NCBI GenBank assembly: GCA_035528575.1
Contig: DATKYK010000024.1
Location: 66,420-130,419 of the forward strand
Length of the DNA: 64,000 nt
Origin: Dehalococcoidia bacterium
GTDB lineage: Bacteria; Chloroflexota; Dehalococcoidia; E44-bin15
Direction of reading: 5' to 3'
Shown: positions 30,250 through 39,480 of the stretch, one piece after another
How positions within the stretch are numbered: the first letter of the stretch is position 1
Layout of the letters: every line of letters starts with the position of its first letter
The notes under the pieces: model-generated
Databases searched by the model: none
Seen by the model: only the letters and a program-made list of their open reading frames with translations
Told to the model about the DNA's origin: nothing
Made by a program: the position numbers and the translations under genes

Positions 30250-30627
30250 CTCAAATTAATGTTTAATATAACCGAATAGCATTACCTTCAAGTAGTTATA
30301 ACAATCCCAGAACTTCCCTAAGCCTGATTTTGGCATTCTCTTATCATTCGCAAATTCCCACATGATCTTCACTAATCGTCTATATAACTTGAAATCGGGA
30401 TTTCTCTGGGACTATTATAGCACTCTACAAATAGAATCATAATTTAATAGGCCTCGAAGTTCGTATTAGGTTTTGCAATTAGCTAGGCTAACCACGTCAC
30501 GCAGGCTACCCGATAATGGGTGGCCCCTTCTCTTTTAACCACAGCATTGACAGCCAAAGCTATAAGAAGTATTATCACACCCGCAAGCAACGCTCAATGT
30601 TGATAAACTCTAAAAGGAGTTAATTGG

Positions 30628-31512
30628 ATGCCACTGTTTAACATTGACCAGGGAAAAGCCAAAACTATTCAGACGAAGGAATTTTCTAACGAAGCAGAAC
30701 TTCAAACACTATTCGATAAGAATCTAGAAGAGATTACAGGTGTTCGTCTGATAGCGAGCCAATTCCCCATTCCCAATGGGCGTATAGATAGTTTGGGTAT
30801 AGATGAGCACAATGTTCCCGTCGTAATTGAATACAAGTGGGGTCACGACCCTGGAGCGATAATACAAGGTTTATTCTATCTACAGTGGCTAACACAAAAC
30901 CGCAAAACATACGAGCTATTGGCAAAAGAGAAATTTGGACCTATAAAAGTCAACTGGTCCTCTGCGCCAAGGCTATTGATAATAGCAAAGAGTTATGACA
31001 TTAAAGAGTTGTCTGCAACTGATATGGTATTACCTTCAGTAGAACTTATGAGGTATTCTTTCTATGGGAATCTCCTCAGCATTGAAGATGTTACAGTACC
31101 TAGAAAAATAAAGCTCCCCAAAGGGGCAGAACCACCAAAAGAAGAGGTAGTAGAGAAAACTATTGAGGATATTATCGAGAAAGCTTCGCCCGAATTGAAA
31201 GGTATATTTTATGAGTTACGCAATAGAATCTTGGAACTTGGCGATGAAGTCCGTGAAAAAGTCGGTGGTTGGTACATTGATTATCGAAAAACCTCTACAT
31301 TCGCTACGATATTACCTCAGTCTAAGAATAATCGACTTGTTATTTACATCAAAATGGGCGATAAGAGAATTGGAGACCCTAAAAGATGGTCATCACAGAT
31401 CCCTACAAGTTGGAGATATGGCAAATTAAATACTCAATTTAATATTATCCAGGAAGACCAGCTCAACTATGCGATGCAATTAATACGACAAGCATACGAA
31501 TATGTCCCCTAG
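30628..31512 (+). CDS. DUF91/NucS-like PD-(D/E)xK nuclease-domain protein with a C-terminal domain of unknown function.
   Basis: The motif GRIDSLGIDEHNVPVVIEYKWG...QGLFYLQW matches the GRIDLLxxDxxGxxVVIElK..Q..Y signature of NucS/DUF91 RecB-like nuclease domains. Confidence 0.6.
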   Translation: MPLFNIDQGKAKTIQTKEFSNEAELQTLFDKNLEEITGVRLIASQFPIPNGRIDSLGIDEHNVPVVIEYKWGHDPGAIIQGLFYLQWLTQNRKTYELLAKEKFGPIKVNWSSAPRLLIIAKSYDIKELSATDMVLPSVELMRYSFYGNLLSIEDVTVPRKIKLPKGAEPPKEEVVEKTIEDIIEKASPELKGIFYELRNRILELGDEVREKVGGWYIDYRKTSTFATILPQSKNNRLVIYIKMGDKRIGDPKRWSSQIPTSWRYGKLNTQFNIIQEDQLNYAMQLIRQAYEYVP

Positions 31513-31662
31513 TGTAATACCCCCATAAAAATGGTGTACTTCAGATACATAGTTACTATTAGACCAAATTTCACCCCAATGGCGCCCTGTAAAACCTCAA
31601 GCTATCCTCAAATGTAACCGACCTGGCATATCGCTGCACCATCTCCAGGCCTTAAACACGAT

Positions 31663-32106
31663 TTATCCCAACTTCTCTCTATAATGCGTAAGGCAATCCT
31701 CAAAGCTTATAGATGCCGTGTATCTCTGCACCATCTGTAGGGATTCCCAACCACCAAGCCTTGCTAAACCTTTTCTATGAAGTCTACAGGCAAAGCCCCT
31801 TCTGAAGCTGTGAGGGTTATAACGAATCCCTGTTTTATCTTCGAGCCTGCGGAGGAGCATTTTAATCACTCGTTAGTAAACAAACTTACCATTTCCTAGC
31901 TGAGGTCGACTTAAGAATTGGTTAATACCTTCGGGGTTTAAACTGTAGCTGTAAGCGAAATTAGTGAGGCAATACTCATAAAGCTGTTTGGTGCTTTGTC
32001 TTAGTTGTGATTCCTTTGAGCAGAGGAATTTGTTAACAATTTCTGTTAACAGTGGATAACTATTTTGTATTTGATTTCTGGAGCGGGTGATGGGATTCGA
32101 ACCCAC
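31663..32106 (-). pseudogene. Decayed tyrosine recombinase/integrase. A 77-aa N-terminal piece and a 68-aa catalytic C-terminal piece are separated by a stop. The N-terminus reads through the tRNA-derived att repeat.
   Basis: The C-terminal piece has HSFRRGFA...LGGW...VQRYT (H/R/Y catalytic residues). The total length is far short of a full integrase. A GTG start lies inside the 46-bp repeat. Confidence 0.6.
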
Positions 32107-32123
32107 GACCCCTTGCTTGGGAA
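32078..32123. repeat. 46-bp direct repeat identical to the 3' portion of tRNA-Gly at 38202-38247 (att-type integration scar).
   Basis: An exact match of ctggagcgggtgatgggattcgaacccacgaccccttgcttgggaa was seen by eye. The sequence diverges immediately afterwards. Confidence 0.8.
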
Positions 32124-32377
32124 TTACCGGGGGCAGTTCACAAACGTAGATTGAGGAAAAATCCCCGTTTCAATACCCTGCCTTGGTGTCTCTCTGGCTC
32201 CTATATACTGACTAGTCAATGAGTCACCACCAAGACCCTCGACTAAGGATATTCTATGACTTAACGGCATTTTACACAATATGTGTGATGTCTGTGTGAT
32301 GTAAACCCGCATCACCCCTCCACCCTTTCCACCACCTCTTGTGTCCTGCGTAGCCAGTAGGATAGCTTACCGCGGCC

Positions 32378-33124
32378 CTAGTATAGTAATTCGACCCTGC
32401 GGAATGCCTCTGCTACTGGAACCCCTTGGTTTTGCCCTATCTTTGAATCCCTCTCCTCGATTCGCTGCTTTAACATCTCGGCATGTTGGCCTATCTGACT
32501 GACGTGGCAGCTAAGAGCAGCCAGCTTGATAGAGAAGGTTTCGCCGATGTCGATAAAGGTATCAGGCTCCTCCGAACCCCAGAAGTAGATCTCACTTACC
32601 CTGTGCGGTGTCAGCCCCTCAGCTATATGCTCTGGATAGGATAGGTGATCGCGGGCGTAGGGGAAGATGGCATCCATTGTGACAGTCCCGGTAATACGAT
32701 GGTCCCGGTGCCACCAGTATTTACGGTAGGGGTCAGTTGTTAGCACGACATCGGGACGATGCTTTCTAATTAGTCGCACCATTTCCCCTCGAAAAGCGGG
32801 GGTATCTTCCAAACCTCCATCAGGGTAGCCGAGAAATATAACTTCGCTTACACCTAGTATTTTGGCGGCTTCCATCTGCTCCTGCTGCCTGATTTTAGCC
32901 AGGGTCTCCGAGGTCATATTTGGATCTGAGCTCCCTTTGTCGCCGTTGGTGCAGACGACATAGAATACCTCTCGCCCTTGCTTAACCCAGGAGGCTATGG
33001 TTCCCCCAGCACCGATCTCTGCGTCATCGGGATGAGGGCTGACTACCATCACTTTGATCACCGATACTTCCATTGAGGAACTTCCTCCCCAGACGTTCTT
33101 CCGGATTGTATCACAGCAATCCAT
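32378..33124 (-). CDS. LmbE/PIG-L family N-acetylglucosaminyl deacetylase (MshB/BshB-like).
   Basis: It has the VVSPHPDDAEIGAGGT zinc-binding signature. Confidence 0.8.
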   Translation of the reverse strand: MDCCDTIRKNVWGGSSSMEVSVIKVMVVSPHPDDAEIGAGGTIASWVKQGREVFYVVCTNGDKGSSDPNMTSETLAKIRQQEQMEAAKILGVSEVIFLGYPDGGLEDTPAFRGEMVRLIRKHRPDVVLTTDPYRKYWWHRDHRITGTVTMDAIFPYARDHLSYPEHIAEGLTPHRVSEIYFWGSEEPDTFIDIGETFSIKLAALSCHVSQIGQHAEMLKQRIEERDSKIGQNQGVPVAEAFRRVELLY

Positions 33125-33171
33125 AAGCTACAATGAAACAGACTACTGTTTGAACCGATAAAGGCAGATAA

Positions 33172-34080
33172 TTGTTTACTATCCGCAACTTCCATACCCA
33201 TGACCTAATCCCCTATGTTCAGCTAGTCAACGAGATAGATGAGGTAGATGGGTTAGGTAAATCTACCTCTGTGGCACAATTCAAGCAGCGCCTGGAGCAA
33301 CCGGGGTATAACTGGGATGAGGACTTGATTCTCGCAGAAATAGATAGCCTTATAGTTGGCTATGCCGATATGGTGCGTGAACTGGAAATCGGCAGGGTAA
33401 TCCTCGACATTGCCGTTAGATCGACATACCGTGGTCGGGGGATAGGCAGCAGGCTACTAGAAAGTGATATAGATCATGGCCGCAAGCTGGGGGCGAAGGT
33501 TATCCATATCCCTATAGCTCAAGGGGTGCAGCCTGGTGAGCACTTCGTTCGAAAAAGAGGCTTTCGAGTGACGCGTCGTCACTGGCAGATGAGCCTAACC
33601 GAATATGGAGTAGGAGCGCTCCAGATTCCAAGCGGCTTCGAGCTTCGCCACTTCCGCCCTGGTGATGAGGAAAGCCTGTGCTTGCTTCAGAACCGCGTAT
33701 TCACAGGTAGCTGGGGATTTCGCCCTAATACAGTAGAAGAGATCCGTTACCTTGTAAACACAGGTTGGTGTCGTCCTGATGGTATCCTGTTTATCTGTGA
33801 GGGCCAAAGCAAGGTGGGCTATTGCTGGATGATGGATCACCCTATCGATAAGAAAAAGGGATACATACGAATGATGGGTATCAATCCCATTTATCGAGAT
33901 CAAGGGTTGGGTAAAGCGATACTAGTGGCTGGAATCAAGCATCTTAAGAAATGCGGAAAGAAGGAGCTAGAGCTTCTGGTGGATAGCAGGAACCAAAGCG
34001 CCAAGCGCCTTTACCAGTCTGTGGGATTCCAAAAAAAGGGGGTAACGCTATGGTATCAAAGGAACCTTTGTGGTTATTAG
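33172..34080 (+). CDS. Tandem-GNAT N-acetyltransferase (MshD-like architecture).
   Basis: Two acetyl-CoA-binding GNAT cores are present (RGRGIGSRLL and RDQGLGKAIL), and the protein is about 300 aa. Confidence 0.7.
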   Translation: MFTIRNFHTHDLIPYVQLVNEIDEVDGLGKSTSVAQFKQRLEQPGYNWDEDLILAEIDSLIVGYADMVRELEIGRVILDIAVRSTYRGRGIGSRLLESDIDHGRKLGAKVIHIPIAQGVQPGEHFVRKRGFRVTRRHWQMSLTEYGVGALQIPSGFELRHFRPGDEESLCLLQNRVFTGSWGFRPNTVEEIRYLVNTGWCRPDGILFICEGQSKVGYCWMMDHPIDKKKGYIRMMGINPIYRDQGLGKAILVAGIKHLKKCGKKELELLVDSRNQSAKRLYQSVGFQKKGVTLWYQRNLCGY

Positions 34081-35268
34081 CTCTTCATAGACGCCGAGAA
34101 CCTGACGTGCCACTATAGACCAAGCATAATCAATTACTGACGGGCGTGCCGCATTTCCCATCCGCCGCCTGAGCTCTTTGTCGCCCAGTAGCCATTCCAA
34201 GCGCTGGGCAAAGACCTCACTCGAGAACTCGTCAATGAGATATCCTGCCTCCCCATCCTTGATAATTGTCGCCAGGCCACCCACTCTCGGGGCTACCACC
34301 GGTGTGCCGCAAGCCAAAGCCTCAACAGCCACTAGACTAAAGCTCTCATAATATGAGGCAATAACGCAGGCATGGGCAGCATTGTAAAATATTGGCATTT
34401 TTTCATGCTCCACCGCACCCCAAAAGATAACCCTTCCTTCAATTCCCAGCTTACTGGCCAGGGAACGCAGACGCACCAATTCGCCATCGCTATCTGAATC
34501 TCCTCCCACGATGAGAAAACGCAGGTCTTTATTGTCCTCAAGGCGTGCCATGGCACGTAGAAGGGTATCGATTCCCTTGAAGGGCTCGATCCTGCCCACG
34601 TAAAGTAGGATATTGGAGTGTTCTGAAAGACCCAGCTCGCATAGCACCTTTTCTTTATCCATGGGTTGAAAAAGCCCAAGGTCAACTCCACAAGGGATGA
34701 CCTTGACATTGTCAGGCTGTGCGCCATAGATAGATATCAGGTTATCCTTCTCATCGGGGCTAACGGCGATTATACAGTCTGCTGTCGCTATTGCCTTTCT
34801 TTCCGCTTTGATGCGCAGCTCTGGCTCCATTTCAGCAGGCCGAGCCCGATTCTTAACTTCCCCTAACGTATGGAATGTGGCAACGTGCGGTATCATGAGT
34901 TGAGCCTGGAGTTGCTCCGCCGCCAACGCCGAGAGCCAGTAGTGACTGTGCAACAGGTCGTATACTAAACCTTCGCTCTCTATATAACGGATGAGATTCA
35001 TGGAGAACTGGGGAAGAATATTATAGATATCCGTCTTCAATATATCCTCCTGCTCACCAGCCGCTATATGGATGAGACGAGCCTTCTCGCCTATCTCCAC
35101 CACCTCAGACTCACTGTCGTCATGCCAGCGGGTGAATATATCCACCTCCACTCCCAGCCTCCCCAGTTCCTGGCTGAGCTCTCGTATGTAAAGGTGCATA
35201 CCTCCAGTATCCTTGCCTCCCAAAGGCCTCAGCGGGCAGCGGTTAACACATATCTTTGCGATTCGCAT
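34048..35268 (-). CDS. GT4-family glycosyltransferase (MshA/BshA-like).
   Basis: It has the GT-B fold with an EX7E-like C-terminal motif and is 406 aa. Confidence 0.8.
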   Translation of the reverse strand: MRIAKICVNRCPLRPLGGKDTGGMHLYIRELSQELGRLGVEVDIFTRWHDDSESEVVEIGEKARLIHIAAGEQEDILKTDIYNILPQFSMNLIRYIESEGLVYDLLHSHYWLSALAAEQLQAQLMIPHVATFHTLGEVKNRARPAEMEPELRIKAERKAIATADCIIAVSPDEKDNLISIYGAQPDNVKVIPCGVDLGLFQPMDKEKVLCELGLSEHSNILLYVGRIEPFKGIDTLLRAMARLEDNKDLRFLIVGGDSDSDGELVRLRSLASKLGIEGRVIFWGAVEHEKMPIFYNAAHACVIASYYESFSLVAVEALACGTPVVAPRVGGLATIIKDGEAGYLIDEFSSEVFAQRLEWLLGDKELRRRMGNAARPSVIDYAWSIVARQVLGVYEELITTKVPLIP

Positions 35269-35272
35269 AGAG

Positions 35273-36253
35273 TCAGCCCCTCGAAATCAAACAGCGATAT
35301 AAAGGCACATCCTGGCCACCGAGGTCATATTTATAGGGCTCGGCACCCCGGAGAAAATCGAAGCGCTTCTTTCCCTCAGAGATGCCCTCTTTGATACAGA
35401 ATACTTTGACTATCAAGCCCACGCTATAGGAAGCATAGTCTCGATTGTACCCACTGTTATATAGATAAAGCTCATTCTCATAGTCGAAGCATAGTGCAGA
35501 GGCCACTGGAATCCCTCCTAACTCGAGGAAGGACAATCTGATGTGGCCTTCCTCTGATAAAGAGTGTGCCATTGTTTCAAAGAAGCCCCTCCTCTGGTCG
35601 GACATGAACCCCGCCTTAGCATCTCCGCTTATTTTAAACAACTCAAAGAAACCCTCCAAAGCCTGGCGCAGCTGCTCTTGTTTAAGGATAGTATAGAAAC
35701 GGGCCGACTTCGCTCGTTCGAGGCGCCGCAGCTTGCGTCTGAGCTCGTGGCGATCTTTCCTCTCCAGCTGAGATAGGTACTTCTCCCAGCTTGAAGGAAG
35801 GAAAACCTGAGGGCTGACATCTTCCTTCGTCACCTCGACCAGATAGTTCCTCTGTTTCGCCAGGAAGGCAAAATAGCGCAGGGCGAGTGAGTTGGGAAGC
35901 AATGACCGGAGATCGATAACGTTCCAATTCATGGGTTCAAGATAATCCAAGAGCTGCGAAAAAACGGTGTCTTCCTCATCTCGTCGAACTATGAAATCCA
36001 TGTAGTCGCAAACATCACTACTGCCGATGAAGGATATATTCTCACCATGGCGCATCAAGGGAACGATACCAATAAGCTCTGTATCCCGCTTCACCGAGAG
36101 GAGCAATAGTTCGCTCCCGTTGCCAAAGGCCTGCCACCATGCCCTCTGCCATTGGGGTATTAGAAAGATATGATTTGTGGCGCAAGCCGCCAGAAGCTCG
36201 CGCCACGTCTTTTCCAAATCGGTGAAACTCTCCAGCACAATGGAATAGCCCAT
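35273..36253 (-). CDS. FemAB-like / BioF2-like (Acetyltransf_6) acyltransferase.
   Basis: It has a FemAB-type GNAT-fold layout. It is translationally adjacent to the GT4 gene. Confidence 0.55.
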   Translation of the reverse strand: MGYSIVLESFTDLEKTWRELLAACATNHIFLIPQWQRAWWQAFGNGSELLLLSVKRDTELIGIVPLMRHGENISFIGSSDVCDYMDFIVRRDEEDTVFSQLLDYLEPMNWNVIDLRSLLPNSLALRYFAFLAKQRNYLVEVTKEDVSPQVFLPSSWEKYLSQLERKDRHELRRKLRRLERAKSARFYTILKQEQLRQALEGFFELFKISGDAKAGFMSDQRRGFFETMAHSLSEEGHIRLSFLELGGIPVASALCFDYENELYLYNSGYNRDYASYSVGLIVKVFCIKEGISEGKKRFDFLRGAEPYKYDLGGQDVPLYRCLISRG

Positions 36254-36361
36254 CGCCCTTCGAGTATAGCATCTCTACACTTTTATGCCAATTAGCTTTT
36301 TGACAGTATGGCCTTTGTGTCTTATAGTTACACTGTCGGCTATGACGACTTGGGCAGTGAA

Positions 36362-37000
36362 ATGAGCTGGCAGTACAACGGAGAAGTTCGAATCAAGAAG
36401 CTGGAGATCCAACCCTTCGGCACGAATTGCTACATTGTGGTTTGCCCTATAAGTGGGGAGGCTGTGATCATAGATACCCCAGGAGAGGCTTCTAGGATTC
36501 TAGCCCAAACGAAGGACATGCGGGTAACATACGTAATAATTACACATACCCATCCCGATCACTTAGGAGCTTTTAGCGAGGTGAGGGATAAGCTCAAGGC
36601 CCCTATAGCCATTCACCCTTTAGAAGCAGCAGTTCTTCCTGCACCACCTGACCTCACCTTGGATGATAGCGATGTTGTGAACTTCGGCATGGTGAGCTTA
36701 AAGGTGCTGCATACCCCTGGCCATTCAGCGGGCAGCCTGTGCCTGCTCACTGGGAAGCACCTCTTCTCCGGTGATACCCTTTTCCCTGGGGGCCCGGGTA
36801 AGACGGGGACACCCGCAGCCTTTGAGCAGATCGTTAATTCGATCACTGAAAAACTCTTTACCCTACCCGATGATACACTGGTCTATCCCGGCCATGGCGA
36901 AGATACCATCCTGGGTAAGGAAAAACAAGAATTTGCCGTTTTTTCAAGCCGCGCCCCAACTGCAGGGCTCTGTGGTGATGTGCTATGGCTTTCTTCCTGA
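36362..37000 (+). CDS. MBL-fold hydrolase, glyoxalase-II-like (HxHxDH).
   Basis: It has ITHTHPDH and HTPGHS motifs and is about 213 aa from the chosen internal ATG. The ORF is open from 36308. Confidence 0.75.
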   Translation: MSWQYNGEVRIKKLEIQPFGTNCYIVVCPISGEAVIIDTPGEASRILAQTKDMRVTYVIITHTHPDHLGAFSEVRDKLKAPIAIHPLEAAVLPAPPDLTLDDSDVVNFGMVSLKVLHTPGHSAGSLCLLTGKHLFSGDTLFPGGPGKTGTPAAFEQIVNSITEKLFTLPDDTLVYPGHGEDTILGKEKQEFAVFSSRAPTAGLCGDVLWLSS

Positions 37001-37202
37001 CCAATAAGCCTATTAGGTTTATCGTGGCGGGCCTTTATGGGGATAGCGCCGACACAACCAGATCATGCACCCCAAATAGCGTAGGCGGTTAAAACCTCTC
37101 GCTATTATTTCTACCCTTTAATATAATGGGACACGGTTGCACAATTGCAACCAATGAAGCTGTCACATATCCTAACTAATGTAGCGAGAAAAGGAGGTAT
37201 CA

Positions 37203-37730
37203 ATGGAATGGTACGATCTGCTGGCTGACGGTTATGGGCGTGTGCTCGAGTTCCTCGAGAATGTGCTTGACGGACTTAATAAGGACGAATTGAACTGGCA
37301 GCCCCACCAGGATTGCAATAGCATTGGCTGGTTGACTTGGCATCTGACGCGTCAGCATGATGCCCAAATGGCTTCTTTGATGGGGAAGGAGCAATTGTGG
37401 ATCGAGGAGAAATGGTACGCCAAGTTCAATCGATCAGCTGACCTTCAGGATATTGGATTCGGTCACACACCGGGGCAGGTGGCAGCGTTTGAATCTCCCG
37501 ATATTCAGACGCTACTTGACTACCATCGCGCGGTACTAGAACGCTCAAAACAGTACTTCCTTACTCTATCAATAACTGACCTTGACCAAAAGATTGATGA
37601 ACCGTGGTTTCAGCCGTTACCCACGGTTGGCGTCCGTCTAATCAGCATCTTAGAAGATAGTCTACTACATGCGGGCCAAGCGGCTTATGTCCGCGGACTA
37701 CGCCAAGGCAAAGGATGGCAAAAGTACTGA
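37203..37730 (+). CDS. DinB/YfiT-family (DinB_2) protein, a putative thiol-dependent transferase.
   Basis: It has the W..HLxxH signature of DinB_2. An AGGAGG Shine-Dalgarno site precedes the start. Confidence 0.7.
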   Translation: MEWYDLLADGYGRVLEFLENVLDGLNKDELNWQPHQDCNSIGWLTWHLTRQHDAQMASLMGKEQLWIEEKWYAKFNRSADLQDIGFGHTPGQVAAFESPDIQTLLDYHRAVLERSKQYFLTLSITDLDQKIDEPWFQPLPTVGVRLISILEDSLLHAGQAAYVRGLRQGKGWQKY

Positions 37731-38160
37731 GAAGCACAACAGACGGAATTACTATGATATATAGGAAAAGGGCAGACATCCTCTCGGTGGAAGCAAGTCA
37801 AGACTAATAACCTGAACCTTGTATCCTAACGTACACGATATACATCGTGGTTGGTTTATTCCAAATCCAAGTTTGAAATGTCCATAATTCAGGGAGCACC
37901 TCTCTCCATATCCCCTGATCCTCCCATAATCGCAAATTGCCATATGCGCTTCGAACCCGCAACACCATAATCAGAAATTGGCGAGTCTACTTTTTATATC
38001 TACAGAGGACGAAAAACGAGTTTTCGACCCCATGCCTTGTTACAGGCAGGTTTCTGCAATTTCTGTGATGTTCATGTGAGCTCGGTATGATGTTAAGAAA
38101 ATGAGGCGAGGCAAGGAGTCGTAAAATATACAATTATCGACTCCTTGCCTGGGTGGAAAA

Positions 38161-38191
38161 TAAAAAGGGGACTTCTTCTTAAAAATCCCCT
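38161..38191 (-). terminator. Rho-independent terminator following the tRNA-Gly 3' end.
   Basis: A 6-bp AGGGGA/TCCCCT stem with a 14-nt loop is followed by T5 on the minus strand. Confidence 0.45.
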
Positions 38192-38202
38192 GTTTTACTA
38201 GC

Positions 38203-38277
38203 TGGAGCGGGTGATGGGATTCGAACCCACGACCCCTTGCTTGGGAAGCAAGTACTCTACCGCTGAGTTACACCCGC
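38203..38277 (-). tRNA. tRNA-Gly (anticodon CCC) with genome-encoded CCA.
   Basis: The reverse complement folds as a cloverleaf with acceptor GCGGGTG/CACCCGC, anticodon loop TTCCCAA and T-arm GGTTCGAATCC. Confidence 0.85.
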
Positions 38278-38656
38278 AAAATCCGTAGCTGATTTCGGCA
38301 GTTTGAGTAACTTATTTGCGCCGAAAAATTGACTAAGCAAGCACTCCTTTTTCACATCCTGCGACTTCTTTTTCTGCTATCTAATATTAAGACCATAACC
38401 ATCAGTAGTCAAGATGCATGATTTAAGCGTGAATAGAAGCTGAGGATTCTATATGGATATGATCGTTTATTGAACACTTTGGACAAAGGTGCACCCCGAA
38501 TGATCATCCTGAGGTAATCGTCAGTTATCCGGAGGCAGAACTGTGAAGAGAGCTACTGTGGTAGCACAGCATCCACCCTTTTCTATCCTGAGATGTGATA
38601 CCTTCAAACTGTACATTCTACCCCTGCCGTAGAAAAAACGAGCCCTGCAAAGTTCT

Positions 38657-39427
38657 CTAGTACTCTTTCTGCACCTCTTTAACGTTCAGCTTCATGTCAA
38701 ACTGAAAGTAGAGACCAGCCAATACCTCATCAATCTTGAGTTTGTGGACAGGATCAGACAGAGAGGGTGAGTCATAAGTAATAGATGCCGGGCCAATCCA
38801 TACCGCTTTCTCCCCCTTGGGATCCTTGTGGAAGTCCACCTCCGCATACCAGCTTATCAACTGCGTAAGATGCGTTAGACCCCCGCTAGGATTCTTCACA
38901 AAAGGAACATGTCTGACGGACAGTAAGGGGATTGGATACGGGATGTACGCATCTACTACACTGCCACCTGCCCGCTCTACTGGCTTGAAGGTAAAGGTGA
39001 TCAGCCTTTTACCTGATGGCCGCTCCAGGGTTCCCTGTATAAGGTCATATTCATTCTCAAGACTTATATCCGCCATCTTCTTGGGCGCTCCCGCCCACTC
39101 CCTTCCGGCGGCCATAGCAGCGTCATTGGTCACATAGATATAGGGGATGTAGTATCCCATTTCTCCATGTACGTCTCTTACTATGATCATCGAAATGTGC
39201 TCATTGTATGTTCCTACAGTGCTGAAAGGGTACCTGGATATCCATATCGCGCCTTGGGGAGGATCACTGTATGGCTCAAGCCCCTCCGGCAGAATATCAT
39301 CCACCTTTCCATCGATCAGAAAAACGGCAGCTAGCGCCTCGCAATTTCTGTACTCAATACCTCTCTCGGGGTTCAAATCATAGAGTGGAGCATCGAAAGG
39401 GGTGGACACACCTATTTTTAAAACCAT
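38657..39427 (-). CDS. Acetoacetate-decarboxylase-like (ADC family) protein.
   Basis: It matches ADC-fold family length and layout at 256 aa. The call is by recognition only. Confidence 0.55.
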   Translation of the reverse strand: MVLKIGVSTPFDAPLYDLNPERGIEYRNCEALAAVFLIDGKVDDILPEGLEPYSDPPQGAIWISRYPFSTVGTYNEHISMIIVRDVHGEMGYYIPYIYVTNDAAMAAGREWAGAPKKMADISLENEYDLIQGTLERPSGKRLITFTFKPVERAGGSVVDAYIPYPIPLLSVRHVPFVKNPSGGLTHLTQLISWYAEVDFHKDPKGEKAVWIGPASITYDSPSLSDPVHKLKIDEVLAGLYFQFDMKLNVKEVQKEY

Positions 39428-39480
39428 CTTGATATACCTCCTTGTTTATTGGGTTATCCCATGTGAGAACATATGAGGGA

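Noticed and set aside
32124-32315. 63-aa minus-strand ORF next to the att repeat as an additional integrase fragment.
   Set aside because: It has no recognisable recombinase motifs. It is likely non-coding junction sequence.
37752-37943. 63-aa minus-strand ORF in the AT-rich tRNA-proximal region.
   Set aside because: There is no start signal or homology. The region is better explained as the non-coding end of the element.
38279-38656. Inverted repeat GGATATGATC...GATCATCC as a transposon terminal inverted repeat.
   Set aside because: The match is short and imperfect. No partner repeat or transposase is present nearby.
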